56,529 nucleotides of DNA, filler included, from Candidatus Woesearchaeota archaeon (GCA_047603125.1; 4 parts of 4 records of this genome joined end to end with filler, not necessarily neighbours in it); one strand, 5' to 3'. Shown: positions 1 to 11,013, counted from the whole stretch's first letter. Made by a program: numbers and translations. The notes: generated by a model not told the origin, from the sequence alone.

Positions 1-133
1 TTTTTAATAAAAAATAGCCAACTGTCAAATGAAATTCCCGCACTAAATAGTTGACAAACTGTCAAACTTGGGTTATAGGGGTTGCAAAGACAGAATCGCA
101 GATTTTAGAGTGTGTGAAGAAATTGCGTTTCCA

Positions 134-1099
134 CTAAAACGATTTGAGCTCTTTTAGTATGAGCTTTTTATCGATTTGGTACTCAAGAAGATTTTTTTCA
201 ACTTCGTCTTTACTAAACCCTTGCTTTTTTGCCCAAACGACGTACTTGTGAACAATCTTTGGTTCTAATTGTTGAATTTTCTTTTCGAGATCTTTGACTT
301 TGTGTTCATCCGTCGTATATTTTGATTGAAATTTTGAAAGTGCGTCTTGAGTTCGTCTTGTGCTGTTGAGAATTTTTTTCTCCATTGAATTATCATCATT
401 TTTGCGTGTTTTTACTAAAATGTAGCTGGAAATTAAAAGAATTAAGAGTGTGGCACTTGCGATGATGACAATGTTTCCAATAAGAACAGGGTCAAGACCT
501 TCCATTTGCTGCTCAAACTCCGAGTCGTATGCCTGTGCACCGGCATCAGTTGGTGGCATCGGTGTTTGGTTTGTTTGATTTTGTGATGAGCTTTGATTTT
601 GCTCAGTGTCAGGTAAGTCTAAAGTTCGTTGTTCAATTTTTTGTGCAATGGCAAAATAGCCAAGTTGTGGTGCTTGTGCTCGAAATTGGTAATGTGTTGC
701 TGTGGTGGATGAGAGCGTGGGTACAATTTCTTGCCAGCGTGAATCATAGTAAAATAAGCGAATAGAATCTGAAGAACTCCAGTTTTGTGAAACCTCAAAA
801 TAAATCGTGTAGGGTGCCTGTGGCATAGTTTCACGTGGTTCAACTGCAATGTACTGATATGCGCGTGTTGCCAGTGCAAATCTACTAATGGGCTCATTAA
901 CAAGAGCATGATAATCAATTGTGTATCGATCACTTATTGGTGCGCTGATGCGAGTAATTGCCGTTTGAGCAAATTGTGCGCTTCCATTATCAAACGTTGT
1001 CGTATGAACGGGCTGAAATGTTGCAAATAAAAGAGGCATACTCACAAGAAGAATAAAAAGAGCGCTCCATATAGGCAATTTCATAGATGGTTTTGGCAT
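134..1099 (-). CDS. Secreted, membrane-anchored protein (PGF-pre-PGF-like surface domain, Q/N/T linker, C-terminal TM helix and basic cytoplasmic tail)
   Basis: Hydrophobic N-terminus after MPKP (ATG 1099 preferred over track start 1186); 'AQAPQLGYFAIA' resembles the end of the PGF-pre-PGF domain; TM 'VLIGNIVIIASATLLILLISSYILV'. Confidence 0.55.
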   Translation of the reverse strand: MPKPSMKLPIWSALFILLVSMPLLFATFQPVHTTTFDNGSAQFAQTAITRISAPISDRYTIDYHALVNEPISRFALATRAYQYIAVEPRETMPQAPYTIYFEVSQNWSSSDSIRLFYYDSRWQEIVPTLSSTTATHYQFRAQAPQLGYFAIAQKIEQRTLDLPDTEQNQSSSQNQTNQTPMPPTDAGAQAYDSEFEQQMEGLDPVLIGNIVIIASATLLILLISSYILVKTRKNDDNSMEKKILNSTRRTQDALSKFQSKYTTDEHKVKDLEKKIQQLEPKIVHKYVVWAKKQGFSKDEVEKNLLEYQIDKKLILKELKSF

Positions 1100-1224
1100 T
1101 TGTGAGTATATAAAACTTTTGCATTCGCATACGGGAACAAAGCCGTTTACTCGACGAGTGAGCATCTTCACCCACCAATTTGACATAGTAAACTATTTAA
1201 AAGCAAATCTCTTTTAATTTTTAA

Positions 1225-4053
1225 ATGAAAAGAGAGGGTGTGTTTATTTTTATCGGGTTGTTGTTTCTTGCTCCTATTTTTGGGCTCTCAATTGAGCCGC
1301 TTTTTGATCAGCCCGTTCTCCAACCTCAGGATTTAGCCTACTATAGTTGTGTGCGTTCCGGGCAAGAATTTGATTCAACACAGTTTGTTTGCTTAGATGA
1401 TTATCGCACAGTTGATGTTCAAGCGCAATGGTGGAATGAGTCGTGTTATTATAGTATTATTAATTTACAAGACATTGCCTGTAATAGTGGTTTGATAGAG
1501 TCGTTTTACGTAGAAAACAACAGACTAGAAAAAACAACATTACCCGTTCAAATCAATAAAGTTCTCTTAACGCCAAAAGATGTCATCGCTCAACAACGCT
1601 GGGATGGTGGCTGGGGAACAGCGCGTGATACGGCAGTTGCACTCTGGGCGCTTCATGATGTCTCGCATCACTATCAAGATGAAATTGAAGAAGGAAAATT
1701 ATGGTTAAAAAATAATCGGGATGATCTAACAAAATGTTGGTCTCGTTTACCAAACGGGGGCTGTGATTATACGGATACGGCATTAACCCTTGGGATTTTA
1801 CGCTTATCGCAAATCACAGATGAGCATCGTATTATTAGCGATGGGCAAGTATTTTTATCAAGTATTCAAAATTATATTGAAGAGAATTCCTGGAAAATGC
1901 AAATTCGTGCAATTGATGATGCAACCTGCACAGTCTATTACCAGAATAGCCGCATAGTTGATAATGTGACAATTGAGCAAAATGAACAACGCCGAGTTGA
2001 TTTTACTGCTGATTATTCGAATGTGTTTAATGTAACTTGCTCCCAGAGAGTAGACTTTTCTCTCTATGATCATAGAAACATCGAACGATTTTCGCATAGA
2101 CTTCCTGAAGACGGTCGGCGTGCACTGGGATTTTCAGATTCGTATGACTTTGCTGACAACGCAACATATAATCTTATTCGTATTCCTCCGCCATGCTGGT
2201 CAACAGGTTCTGTTTTTGAGGATGGTTGCTCTGTGCAATTAACAACATATGCGGCAGCACTTAATATTGATGATCAGAGAAGAAATGCTGCAAAAGAGTA
2301 TTTACTCGCAACAGCTGCAAATGATAGTATCATAGGAAGATATCTTCCAACATCAATGCCTGAGTTTGATACAATGTATTATTTATTAACCATTGCTGAT
2401 GATCCTGACGATCAGTTATTATCGTGGGTTTTATTCAATCAAAATAATGATGGGAGTTTTGGCCGAGGTTCAGAGTATGAACGAATATTAAGCACATCAA
2501 TGGCAATAGATGCTCTTTCAAAAAAGGAGTTTGATCAAAAAAATGAAACATTGCGTGATGCAGCTCACTATATTTCAAAAAAATACGCCTTTGAGCCGTT
2601 TGAATCAGTGCAAGCAAATGCAGCAACATTTCGATCATTGTATCAGAATAGACGGCCGTTATTAAAAATTGTTGATCCACAAATTTTTGATATATCTTCT
2701 TCAACAACAGTTCTTGTACACAATCCAACAAATATTGATATTATGGATATTAGGCTATATACGACGGGTCAAGTACGAGCACAAGGACCGGAAACAATTT
2801 TCGCAAACCAAACAGTTGAAGTTCAACTCTCTCCCAATGCAACACAGGCTGGTGATTTTGCAAGTACTGTTACTATTGAAGGGAATCCACAAGGGTTTAG
2901 CAGGCAAAACTTAACAACCATTCATGCTCGAATTCAGTCCCAGCCACAACTAGTCATTGTTCCAGTTGAGCAAACAATTCATGTTTATGAACAAGAATCC
3001 CAGATTCAATTACAAGTTCGCGAGATTAACGGTGAGTTTACTTGTGATATAGAGTGGTCAAGTAATCAGTTCGAGTCGCAAGAACAAGTAACATTGCGCT
3101 CAACAGGTGTGACAACTATTCCATTTACAACTTCCATTGATACAGATGAGGTTTCCAGTGTACTTGTAGAGCTACTTTGTCAAACACCATTGGATCCTAT
3201 TGAAGAATCTCTGTCCTTTACCATCTTGACGCATACTTCTGATCCATTTTTTATTGATATTGATTCTATAACACATACGCGCTATACGCGTCATTCCACA
3301 ATTCCTATTACAAATCTTTTAAATTCACCTATTACTGTGGATGTTGAAGCCATGCCTATTGAGCCATTATTAGAATTTGATTCACAAATATCTTTAGATC
3401 CGGGTCAAACAAAAAATGTTCGTATCAATCATTTATTTACAAGGGAAGAAAATGTTACTATTATAAGCACACTCACATTTAGTGCAAATGGTCGTGAGCA
3501 TGATGTCGAAATTCTTATTAATTTTGATGCGTCTACTCGTTCATTTACGTGGTTAATTATTCTTATTCTAATAATTGTCATTGTAGGTGGCATAGGGACT
3601 GGAGTATATTACTTTAAGGATTCACTCTCACTTCCGACAATTAAAGGCTTATCACTCTCGTCTTTTTCAGGGAAAAAAACATCTGCAATTGATGGAAAAT
3701 ACAAAAAAAATATGATTGAAATTGTTTCTGTTATGAAGCGCCTTGATAAGACTGATGATGAGATTCAAGAAAAACTCAAAGCACAAGGGTTTCCGGATGG
3801 AGCAATTGTGACACTCATGAATGATGTGAGTGAAATTGAAGAAAAACTTGCAACAGTCAAACACGAGGATACAGTTCTTGAAATTGTCAAGCAATTAAAT
3901 GCGGATAGTGATATTATTATTAAAATGCTCAAAGATAAAGGGTTTAAAGAAAATGATATCAATCAAGCACTTAAAGAAATTGCTACAGACACGGATAAAA
4001 AAGATAAACAGTTGCGTAAAGATGCGGGTTTGACAGAAGATGATAAATTATAA
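1225..4053 (+). CDS. Large secreted/membrane-anchored protein with prenyltransferase/squalene-cyclase-type (alpha/alpha toroid) repeats and Ig-like beta domains
   Basis: Signal peptide; 'QRWDGGWG..TAVALWAL' and 'QNNDGSFG..TSMAIDAL' repeats; beta-rich C-half; TM 'WLIILILIIVIVGGIGTGVYYF'. Confidence 0.6.
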   Translation: MKREGVFIFIGLLFLAPIFGLSIEPLFDQPVLQPQDLAYYSCVRSGQEFDSTQFVCLDDYRTVDVQAQWWNESCYYSIINLQDIACNSGLIESFYVENNRLEKTTLPVQINKVLLTPKDVIAQQRWDGGWGTARDTAVALWALHDVSHHYQDEIEEGKLWLKNNRDDLTKCWSRLPNGGCDYTDTALTLGILRLSQITDEHRIISDGQVFLSSIQNYIEENSWKMQIRAIDDATCTVYYQNSRIVDNVTIEQNEQRRVDFTADYSNVFNVTCSQRVDFSLYDHRNIERFSHRLPEDGRRALGFSDSYDFADNATYNLIRIPPPCWSTGSVFEDGCSVQLTTYAAALNIDDQRRNAAKEYLLATAANDSIIGRYLPTSMPEFDTMYYLLTIADDPDDQLLSWVLFNQNNDGSFGRGSEYERILSTSMAIDALSKKEFDQKNETLRDAAHYISKKYAFEPFESVQANAATFRSLYQNRRPLLKIVDPQIFDISSSTTVLVHNPTNIDIMDIRLYTTGQVRAQGPETIFANQTVEVQLSPNATQAGDFASTVTIEGNPQGFSRQNLTTIHARIQSQPQLVIVPVEQTIHVYEQESQIQLQVREINGEFTCDIEWSSNQFESQEQVTLRSTGVTTIPFTTSIDTDEVSSVLVELLCQTPLDPIEESLSFTILTHTSDPFFIDIDSITHTRYTRHSTIPITNLLNSPITVDVEAMPIEPLLEFDSQISLDPGQTKNVRINHLFTREENVTIISTLTFSANGREHDVEILINFDASTRSFTWLIILILIIVIVGGIGTGVYYFKDSLSLPTIKGLSLSSFSGKKTSAIDGKYKKNMIEIVSVMKRLDKTDDEIQEKLKAQGFPDGAIVTLMNDVSEIEEKLATVKHEDTVLEIVKQLNADSDIIIKMLKDKGFKENDINQALKEIATDTDKKDKQLRKDAGLTEDDKL

Positions 4054-4057
4054 TGAG

Positions 4058-5824
4058 CTAATCATCAAGTCCCCAGACAGGATTTAATTCTCGATAAATT
4101 GCAGCTATTTCTTGTAAGAGTTCTTTTTGTTCTGGTGTGAGAAGATTTTTAAATTCTTTAAAGCGCAAGTATTCGCTCTCACTGAGCGCAGAATAATAGA
4201 TTTCTCCTTCGTGAATTTGTCTGCCAATTGTTATATTCTCAATTGCACAGGCAACTTGCATGTCTTTTGTTGCTTTGCTTAATACTTCTTTATTTTCCTG
4301 TAATGCTTTAATGCTACCTACGCGTGAGCCATCTTTTTTAATTAACTGCATTTTTGGTTTTAACTCACCGCTAAGAATTTCCATTCCAAAGATTGCAGGG
4401 TTATTTTGTCGAAATGCGCAGCCTGGAAGAAATTTTGCTTTTCCGATGGTGGCAAGTTTTGCCATGTCTTCTTTATGTTTTTCTTGTTCCTTTTCTTTTT
4501 TGTACTCGACATATTCATCAATGAGCTTATAAATAACTGGTGCAGTAAATATGCGAATATCTTTTGGTACATTTTCTACAGCATCAATATTAAACCCCAA
4601 TATAATTCCGTATTCTGGATGCGCTTCAACATTTGCTTGTGCTTCTAAAATATCTTTTTTTGTAATCGCACCAACACTTGCAACTCTCACAGGTATGGAT
4701 AATTGCGCTAAAAGACAGTGCAGTGCTTCTAGGCTTCCGAGGGTATCTGCTTTGATAATAATCCCTTCTTTTTGTAAATCAAGATTAAAACATGCAACTT
4801 CTTTTTGAACAAATTGTGTTGCCTCATCAGTATTTCCTGAACAAAGTGGCATGCCGCTGACAACTTTTTCTAGATCGGGAGCAACTATGCGAACACCAAT
4901 TGCTGCACTCACTGATTTGACACTTGTATATGCTCCTTTTTGTTCCCGTAAATCTCGCAGAGTCGAAGGTAAAAAGAGTCCACGAACTTTTGTGATGATG
5001 GGTTTTTGTACATCGCCAATGACAAGTGTATCGCCACAATGCAATGTTCCGTCGTAAATAATTGCATCCATGACTGCGCCCTGTCCCTTTTTTTCTTTGA
5101 CTTCTAAGACTGTTCCTCGTGCAGGACCATCTGCAGTTGTTTGTAATTGTTTTTCAAGAAATTTTTGTGCAAGCGCTGAGACAACCATGAGCAGCTCCGC
5201 CATTCCATCTCCATTTACTGCACTTGTTGGAACAATGGCGACTTCTTTAGTAAAGTCAGAGACTCGATCAAATCGCTCTGCGGGAAATCCACGTTCATAG
5301 AGTTGTTGGACAACTTCATAGAGCTTTGTTTCAATGAGTGTTTTACATTGCTCAGTTTGTTTTTCAATATTTTTTAAAATAAGGTCTTCACGTGTCTGTG
5401 CACAGGTTTTATATGATTGAATGCGATCTATTTTATTTGCTGCAACGACAAATGGCGTTTTTGATTCTTTGAGAATTTTAATGGATTCAATTGTTTGAGG
5501 TTGAAATCCTTCATTCATATCAACGACAAGAATGGCAATATCAGCAAGTGACCCACCACGTTTACGAAGAGAACTAAATGCTGCGTGACCCGGTGTGTCA
5601 ATAAATAAAAGACCGGGAATAGTGAACTTGAGGTTCATTGTGTCGATGAGTCTTTGACATTTTGCGCTAATGATACTAATAGGAATGGTGGACGCACCAA
5701 TGGCCTGTGTGATTGCTCCTGCCTCTTTAGAAACGATATTGGTAGACCTAATGTAATCTAAAATACTTGATTTTCCATGGTCAACATGGCCGACAACGAC
5801 GGCAATGGGGCTTCTTGTAGTCAT
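4058..5824 (-). CDS. infB: Translation initiation factor aIF5B (IF2)
   Basis: GHVDHGKS, ITQAIGA, DTPGH, NKID and KADTLGSLEAL motifs; 588 aa, archaeal size. Confidence 0.97.
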   Translation of the reverse strand: MTTRSPIAVVVGHVDHGKSSILDYIRSTNIVSKEAGAITQAIGASTIPISIISAKCQRLIDTMNLKFTIPGLLFIDTPGHAAFSSLRKRGGSLADIAILVVDMNEGFQPQTIESIKILKESKTPFVVAANKIDRIQSYKTCAQTREDLILKNIEKQTEQCKTLIETKLYEVVQQLYERGFPAERFDRVSDFTKEVAIVPTSAVNGDGMAELLMVVSALAQKFLEKQLQTTADGPARGTVLEVKEKKGQGAVMDAIIYDGTLHCGDTLVIGDVQKPIITKVRGLFLPSTLRDLREQKGAYTSVKSVSAAIGVRIVAPDLEKVVSGMPLCSGNTDEATQFVQKEVACFNLDLQKEGIIIKADTLGSLEALHCLLAQLSIPVRVASVGAITKKDILEAQANVEAHPEYGIILGFNIDAVENVPKDIRIFTAPVIYKLIDEYVEYKKEKEQEKHKEDMAKLATIGKAKFLPGCAFRQNNPAIFGMEILSGELKPKMQLIKKDGSRVGSIKALQENKEVLSKATKDMQVACAIENITIGRQIHEGEIYYSALSESEYLRFKEFKNLLTPEQKELLQEIAAIYRELNPVWGLDD

Positions 5825-5957
5825 GATTTTGGCAAAAGCGATTGCCTTTTTAAAGGTTATGGCGTCATTTATCGAGGTTTCGCGAGTGAGAACCTGTGAT
5901 GAGAGTACAAAAATTTATAAATGCTCAATAGGTTTTTAGTAAGGAGAGGGAATACAT

Positions 5958-8900
5958 TTGGCGACAAAAATTCTAAAATTAGCGATGAAGGGGTTTAAGT
6001 CATTTGCCCATCAAACTGAGATGGTTTTCGGGGATGATTTTAATGTTATTCTCGGACCAAATGGAAGTGGAAAGTCAAATGTTATTGATGCTCTCTGTTT
6101 TGTTTTGGGAAAATCTTCCGCAAAGGGTCTTCGGGCAGAAAAGTCTGCAAATCTCATTTATAACGGGGGAAAGTCAAAAACACCTGCAAAAGAGGGTGAG
6201 GTTCGTATTTATTTTGATAATAGTGATGGCGATTTTCCTTTTGATGCAAAAGAAGTCTGTCTTTCTCGAACGATAAAAAATTCAGGTCAGTCCGTCTATC
6301 AAATTAATGGAAAAAAGTACACGAGAACAGAAGTGCTTGAAGTCCTTTCTCATGCACGCATTAATCCGGATGGATATAATATTATTTTACAAGGTGATAT
6401 TGTTCGCTTTGTGGAAATGTCAGGGGATGAACGAAGAAAAATCATTGAAGAGATTGCTGATATTTCTATTTATGAAGAAAAAAAACACAAAGCAATGCTT
6501 GAACTTGATAAAGTAGAGCAGTCCTTAAAGGAAGCTCATATTATTATGAAGGAGCGAAAAAATTACTTAAATGATCTTTCTAAGGAACGCGAGCAAGCAA
6601 AAAAATATGAGCAGTATGAACAAGCAATCCATCAAGGAAAGGCAACGCTCATTCATCGTCAACTCACGCAAAAGCAAGAAAAAGTCGACGGCTATGATTC
6701 ATCCATTCAAGAGCATGCAAAAAAGCAAGAAACAATTTTAACAAAAATATCACAATTAAAAAAAACAACCAAAGAAAAACACGAGCAAGTACAAGATATT
6801 AATCAAACGATTGAATCACAAGGTGATAAAGAACAAGTTGAAATTCACAAACAAGTAGAGCAGCTTAAAGTCGATATTGCAACGCAGAACCAAAAGATTC
6901 AAGGAATTGAAGAAGAAGTTACTCGCGTTCATTCACGAAAAGGGGGCTTGGAAGGTTCGAAAAAAGAGCTGGATCAAAAGATTGCAACTGCAAAAACACA
7001 ATTATCTGCATACATTGATCAAAAACAACAGCTTGAAAAAACACAAAAGGAATTAGAGCAAAAAGTTATTGAGTTCAAAAAGAAAAATAAACTTGATGGC
7101 TCGCAACAATTCGAAGAGCAATTAGAAAAAATTGACTCAGACATTGATCAAATTCAAAAAGTCGTTGATTCACATAGAGAATCCTATCAAGATTTGCTAA
7201 GAAACAAAGATCGTCTAGAAATGCAAATTAAAAATGCTGATGACCAGATTGCAAAAATTTCATCTATTAAAAAAGAGCATAAAAAGGAATTAGACGCACT
7301 TGAGCAAAAGAGAAAAGAGTTCAAAACAGTAACTGTTGACTTGAGTAAAGCACTATCGTCAGATTCATCAATGGCATCACAATTAGCAACGGCGAAGAGT
7401 CGACTACATTCTGTTCAAGAAGAAGTCGCACGACTCCAAGCACGTCAAGCAGTCTTGCAAGAGTCGGCACTTGGGAGTCAAGCGGTTGCAAAAATCTTAG
7501 CAAATAAATCTCTTAAAGGCGTTCATGGAACGGTTGCAACATTAGGAAGTGCAGATAAACAATATTCTCTTGCTCTCGAAGTTGCTGCAGGAGCAAAATT
7601 ACGAGCGCTTGTTGTTGAAACGGATAAGGTTGCACAAGAATGTATTGATTATTTGAAAAAAAATCAACTTGGTGTTGCAACATTTTTACCAATGAATAAA
7701 ATTCGTGTTCCTATCCAATCAGATGTGGCAAAGACGGCTGCAAAGAAAAATGGTTCTCTTGGATTTGCAAAGGATGTTATTACATATAAATCAAAATTTC
7801 GCTCCGTATTTGAGCATGTATTTGGCAATACAGTTATTGTAGATAAACTTGCTACCGCACGTGCAATTGGCATTGGAACAACACGTATGGTAACTTTAGA
7901 AGGGGATGTTGCAGAAACAAGTGGTGTGATGCAGGGTGGTTCAAGAAAGCGCCAAACTGGTGGTGGTGCATTTGTTCAACAAGATATTGTGGAAAAACTT
8001 GAGAAGTTTCAAAAAGACCAAGCAGACCTTGAAGCCGTTGTTTCAAAATTACAACAACAACGACAAGATAATGAACAAACAATCACTCGTTTGCGTGAAC
8101 TCAAAGCAAATTTAGAAGGGGATATAATAAAAACTGAAAAGAGTCTTCATATCGAAGTGGGCGAGTTAGATATGTCTGCGAAAGTGAAAAAAGAGTTTGA
8201 GCAAGAGCTTGAAACGGTGAATAAAGATTATATACAATTACAAAACACCATATCGACAAAAAATCGAGAATTAGCGCAATTAAAAATAGAAAAGCAAAAA
8301 TTACGAACGCAGATTTCCGATGTTCGAAATCCTGCAAAATTAGCAGAACTTCATACTTTTGAAGATAAAATTCGTGAAATTAAAGATGCGCTCATTCGCC
8401 AAGAGAGTGAAGAGCAATCCCTACAAAAGCAGATTGCAAATATGTATGAGCCTGAAATTGAAAATATTACAAAAATCATTAAACAACATGAAAAAGAGGC
8501 AAAAGATTTCCAGGATAAAGCAAAAGTCATACAGGATCAAGTAAAAGAACAAAATAAGAAACTCAAGGAATTAGAAAAACAAGAAAAGGAATTCTATGAA
8601 AAGTTTAAAAAGGCTTTTGATCTTCGAACCAAACTCTTGCGTGAAATTGATTTACTTGAACAAGATATTATCAAACAAGAAGAATTATTGCGCGATCAGG
8701 AGCGACAATCATCAGTAATTTCTGTAGAAGTTGCAAAGCTCAAAGCAGAAATTTCTTATTTACAAGAAGAATTTGATCAATTCAAAAATGTTGAACTTCT
8801 CAAAGAAGAAGATGTAGAAGCGATTAAAAAACTCATTTATACAAATGAACAACGCTTACAAGACATTGGTCCAGTAAATATGAAGGCCGTGGCAATGTAT

Positions 8901-9458
8901 GAGAAGGTTCTTGAAGAGTATGAGCGCTTAGCAAAAAAACAAGAAGTTCTTACACAAGAAAAAGAGCAAGTCTTAGTCATGATAAATGAAATTGAGTCGC
9001 GTAAAAAAGATCTTTTCTTGAAAGTATTTGGAAGAATTGATGAAAACTTCAAACGCATTTTCTCAACAATTTCAACAAAAGGAGAGGCATATTTAGAGCT
9101 TGAAAACAAAGATGATCCGTTTGCTGGTGGGATTAATGTGAAAGTAAAACTCTCAGGTTCTAAATTTATGGATATTCGCTCATTAAGCGGTGGGGAAAAG
9201 ACAATGACAGCACTTGCATTTATTTTTGCGATTCAAGAAAATGATCCGTCTTCATTTTATATTATGGATGAGGTTGATGCTGCCCTAGATAAGCGTAATG
9301 CAGAAAAGCTTGCAGAATTAATTAATCAATATTGTGATCACGCACAGTATGTCGTTATCAGTCATAATGATGGTGTGATTGGTGCTGCAAAACACCTCTA
9401 CGGTGTATCCATGGATCAACAGGCTGGCGTGAGTAAAGTTGTGAGCTTGAAGTTGTAG
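5958..9458 (+). CDS. smc: Chromosome segregation ATPase SMC
   Basis: GPNGSGKS Walker A, long coiled coils, hinge (ATFLPMNKI..GVMQGG), LSGGEK signature, MDEVDAALD; TTG start. Confidence 0.97.
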   Translation: MATKILKLAMKGFKSFAHQTEMVFGDDFNVILGPNGSGKSNVIDALCFVLGKSSAKGLRAEKSANLIYNGGKSKTPAKEGEVRIYFDNSDGDFPFDAKEVCLSRTIKNSGQSVYQINGKKYTRTEVLEVLSHARINPDGYNIILQGDIVRFVEMSGDERRKIIEEIADISIYEEKKHKAMLELDKVEQSLKEAHIIMKERKNYLNDLSKEREQAKKYEQYEQAIHQGKATLIHRQLTQKQEKVDGYDSSIQEHAKKQETILTKISQLKKTTKEKHEQVQDINQTIESQGDKEQVEIHKQVEQLKVDIATQNQKIQGIEEEVTRVHSRKGGLEGSKKELDQKIATAKTQLSAYIDQKQQLEKTQKELEQKVIEFKKKNKLDGSQQFEEQLEKIDSDIDQIQKVVDSHRESYQDLLRNKDRLEMQIKNADDQIAKISSIKKEHKKELDALEQKRKEFKTVTVDLSKALSSDSSMASQLATAKSRLHSVQEEVARLQARQAVLQESALGSQAVAKILANKSLKGVHGTVATLGSADKQYSLALEVAAGAKLRALVVETDKVAQECIDYLKKNQLGVATFLPMNKIRVPIQSDVAKTAAKKNGSLGFAKDVITYKSKFRSVFEHVFGNTVIVDKLATARAIGIGTTRMVTLEGDVAETSGVMQGGSRKRQTGGGAFVQQDIVEKLEKFQKDQADLEAVVSKLQQQRQDNEQTITRLRELKANLEGDIIKTEKSLHIEVGELDMSAKVKKEFEQELETVNKDYIQLQNTISTKNRELAQLKIEKQKLRTQISDVRNPAKLAELHTFEDKIREIKDALIRQESEEQSLQKQIANMYEPEIENITKIIKQHEKEAKDFQDKAKVIQDQVKEQNKKLKELEKQEKEFYEKFKKAFDLRTKLLREIDLLEQDIIKQEELLRDQERQSSVISVEVAKLKAEISYLQEEFDQFKNVELLKEEDVEAIKKLIYTNEQRLQDIGPVNMKAVAMYEKVLEEYERLAKKQEVLTQEKEQVLVMINEIESRKKDLFLKVFGRIDENFKRIFSTISTKGEAYLELENKDDPFAGGINVKVKLSGSKFMDIRSLSGGEKTMTALAFIFAIQENDPSSFYIMDEVDAALDKRNAEKLAELINQYCDHAQYVVISHNDGVIGAAKHLYGVSMDQQAGVSKVVSLKL

Positions 9459-9470
9459 GGTGCTTATTTT

Positions 9471-9883
9471 TTAGTGAATATGTCGTTGCAGTTTTTGTGC
9501 AATGGATTGCATATTCTCAACAGAATTCTTCGGTCGGATTTGTGAGATGGTATTTGTTTGATAGAGCAATTCTCGAATTTTTTGCTCAAGTGCAATAACG
9601 TGCACATGTAAATGATTCTGCGAGATGCGTGTTCCTGTATTTTTCAAAATAATAGGAGAAATCCCATATTCTTTTTCCAGAACGAGTGCCGTTTTTTCAC
9701 ACAAATTCATTAAGTCTTTTATTTCTTCACTTGTTAGCTGAGAAAAGGTTTGCACTTCTTTTTTTGGAAGAATGAGTACATGGCCTTCGCAGAGTGGCTC
9801 AGCAGCGACTATGCAAATTGCATGTTGCGTTTGGTCAACGAAGCGAAATGCATCTTTTTTATAGCTGTTGTTAATTCATTCAT
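9471..9883 (-). CDS. HIT-family nucleotide hydrolase, interrupted by a -1 frameshift after codon 10 (programmed, mutational or assembly error)
   Basis: GHVLILPKK and HLHVHVI motifs lie in one frame that has no upstream start. ATG 9883 overlaps the upstream stop (ATGA) but is in another frame, joined at A_AAA_AAG (9860-9854). Confidence 0.8.
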
Positions 9884-11013
9884 TGTAAGAGTGTTTTGAG
9901 TGTCTGAATTGTTTTTTGTAAATTATAATGCTTGATAACCGTTTCTCTTGCTCGTTTTCCAATCGATTCTTGAATGAGGGGTTCTTTTAATAACCATTCC
10001 AATTTGAGAGCAAGGACAGTGCTATTTGATTTTGGAAAGAAAAATCCGTTTTGTTTTTCTTTGATATATTCTTTTGCTAGACCCACAGGGGTATTAATCA
10101 CAGGTACTTCACAACTCATTGCCTCTAGTGTACAAAGCGAGGTTGTTTCTAAATGTGAAGGAAGTACATGCACATCAAGTGCTTGCATATAGGGAAGCAC
10201 ATCATTTTGTGAGCCAACATGAATAATATTTGCGTGCTTTTCAAACCGACTTTTCAGTTCAGTCGTGCCGTCTCCAACAATGAGCAGTTTGGCATTTGGT
10301 ATGCGTTTTTGGACTTGTAAAAATGCGCGATAGAGTGTGTAGACATCTTTTTCTCGACTTAATCTTCCCACATATCCAATAATCTTGTCGTCTTTTGAAA
10401 ACCCTATTCTTTGCTTTGCTTTTTGCTTATCAACTGCACGAACAAATCGATCAGTATCAACGCCAAGGGAAATGACATGCATGGGTGTTTTTATGGAATT
10501 CCAACGCAAGATTTCATGAACTTCTAAAGACGGAACCATTAAGAGCTGTGCATCCTGGTATCGTTTCAAAACAAAATATTTACTTATATGCATAAGCGCT
10601 TTTCTAAAAACAGTTTTGAGCGCCTTATAAACGAGCATCCAATCAATACTGTGTACGTAAACTAGGTATGGTTTTTTATGGCGCTTTGCCATCTGAGAAG
10701 CAACAAGTCCAATATTTGAGAATGTATGAACCCAAACAATATCGTGTTTTTTGACTTCTTTCTCAATAGTCCTTGCTTCTCTTTTTGCGGGCGTATAATC
10801 CCCAAAATGGAATTGTTTGAGCAGTGGAATTCGTATGATTTTGATTGAATCGATTTGTTCATAGGAGCCAGGAAAATCAGGTGCAATGACTGTTATTTCA
10901 AACATGTCAGTTAATTCGGGGAGAACATCATGTAAAAAACGAGCAATCCCATCCCATCTGGGAGCAAAACAATCGGTTGCAATAAGAATGCGTTTTTTTT
11001 CTTTTTCAGCCAT
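9880..11013 (-). CDS. GT4-family (GT-B) glycosyltransferase
   Basis: 'ILIATDCFAP..GI', 'YVGRLSREK', 'LPSHLETTSLCTLEAMS' (E-x7-E motif). Confidence 0.92.
   Translation of the reverse strand: MAEKEKKRILIATDCFAPRWDGIARFLHDVLPELTDMFEITVIAPDFPGSYEQIDSIKIIRIPLLKQFHFGDYTPAKREARTIEKEVKKHDIVWVHTFSNIGLVASQMAKRHKKPYLVYVHSIDWMLVYKALKTVFRKALMHISKYFVLKRYQDAQLLMVPSLEVHEILRWNSIKTPMHVISLGVDTDRFVRAVDKQKAKQRIGFSKDDKIIGYVGRLSREKDVYTLYRAFLQVQKRIPNAKLLIVGDGTTELKSRFEKHANIIHVGSQNDVLPYMQALDVHVLPSHLETTSLCTLEAMSCEVPVINTPVGLAKEYIKEKQNGFFFPKSNSTVLALKLEWLLKEPLIQESIGKRARETVIKHYNLQKTIQTLKTLLQ

Noticed and set aside
14..77. AACTGTCAAA direct repeat and TTGACA-AAC-TGTCAA palindrome at the window start
   Set aside because: Short, single occurrence and at the window edge; could be an operator or hairpin but cannot be supported.
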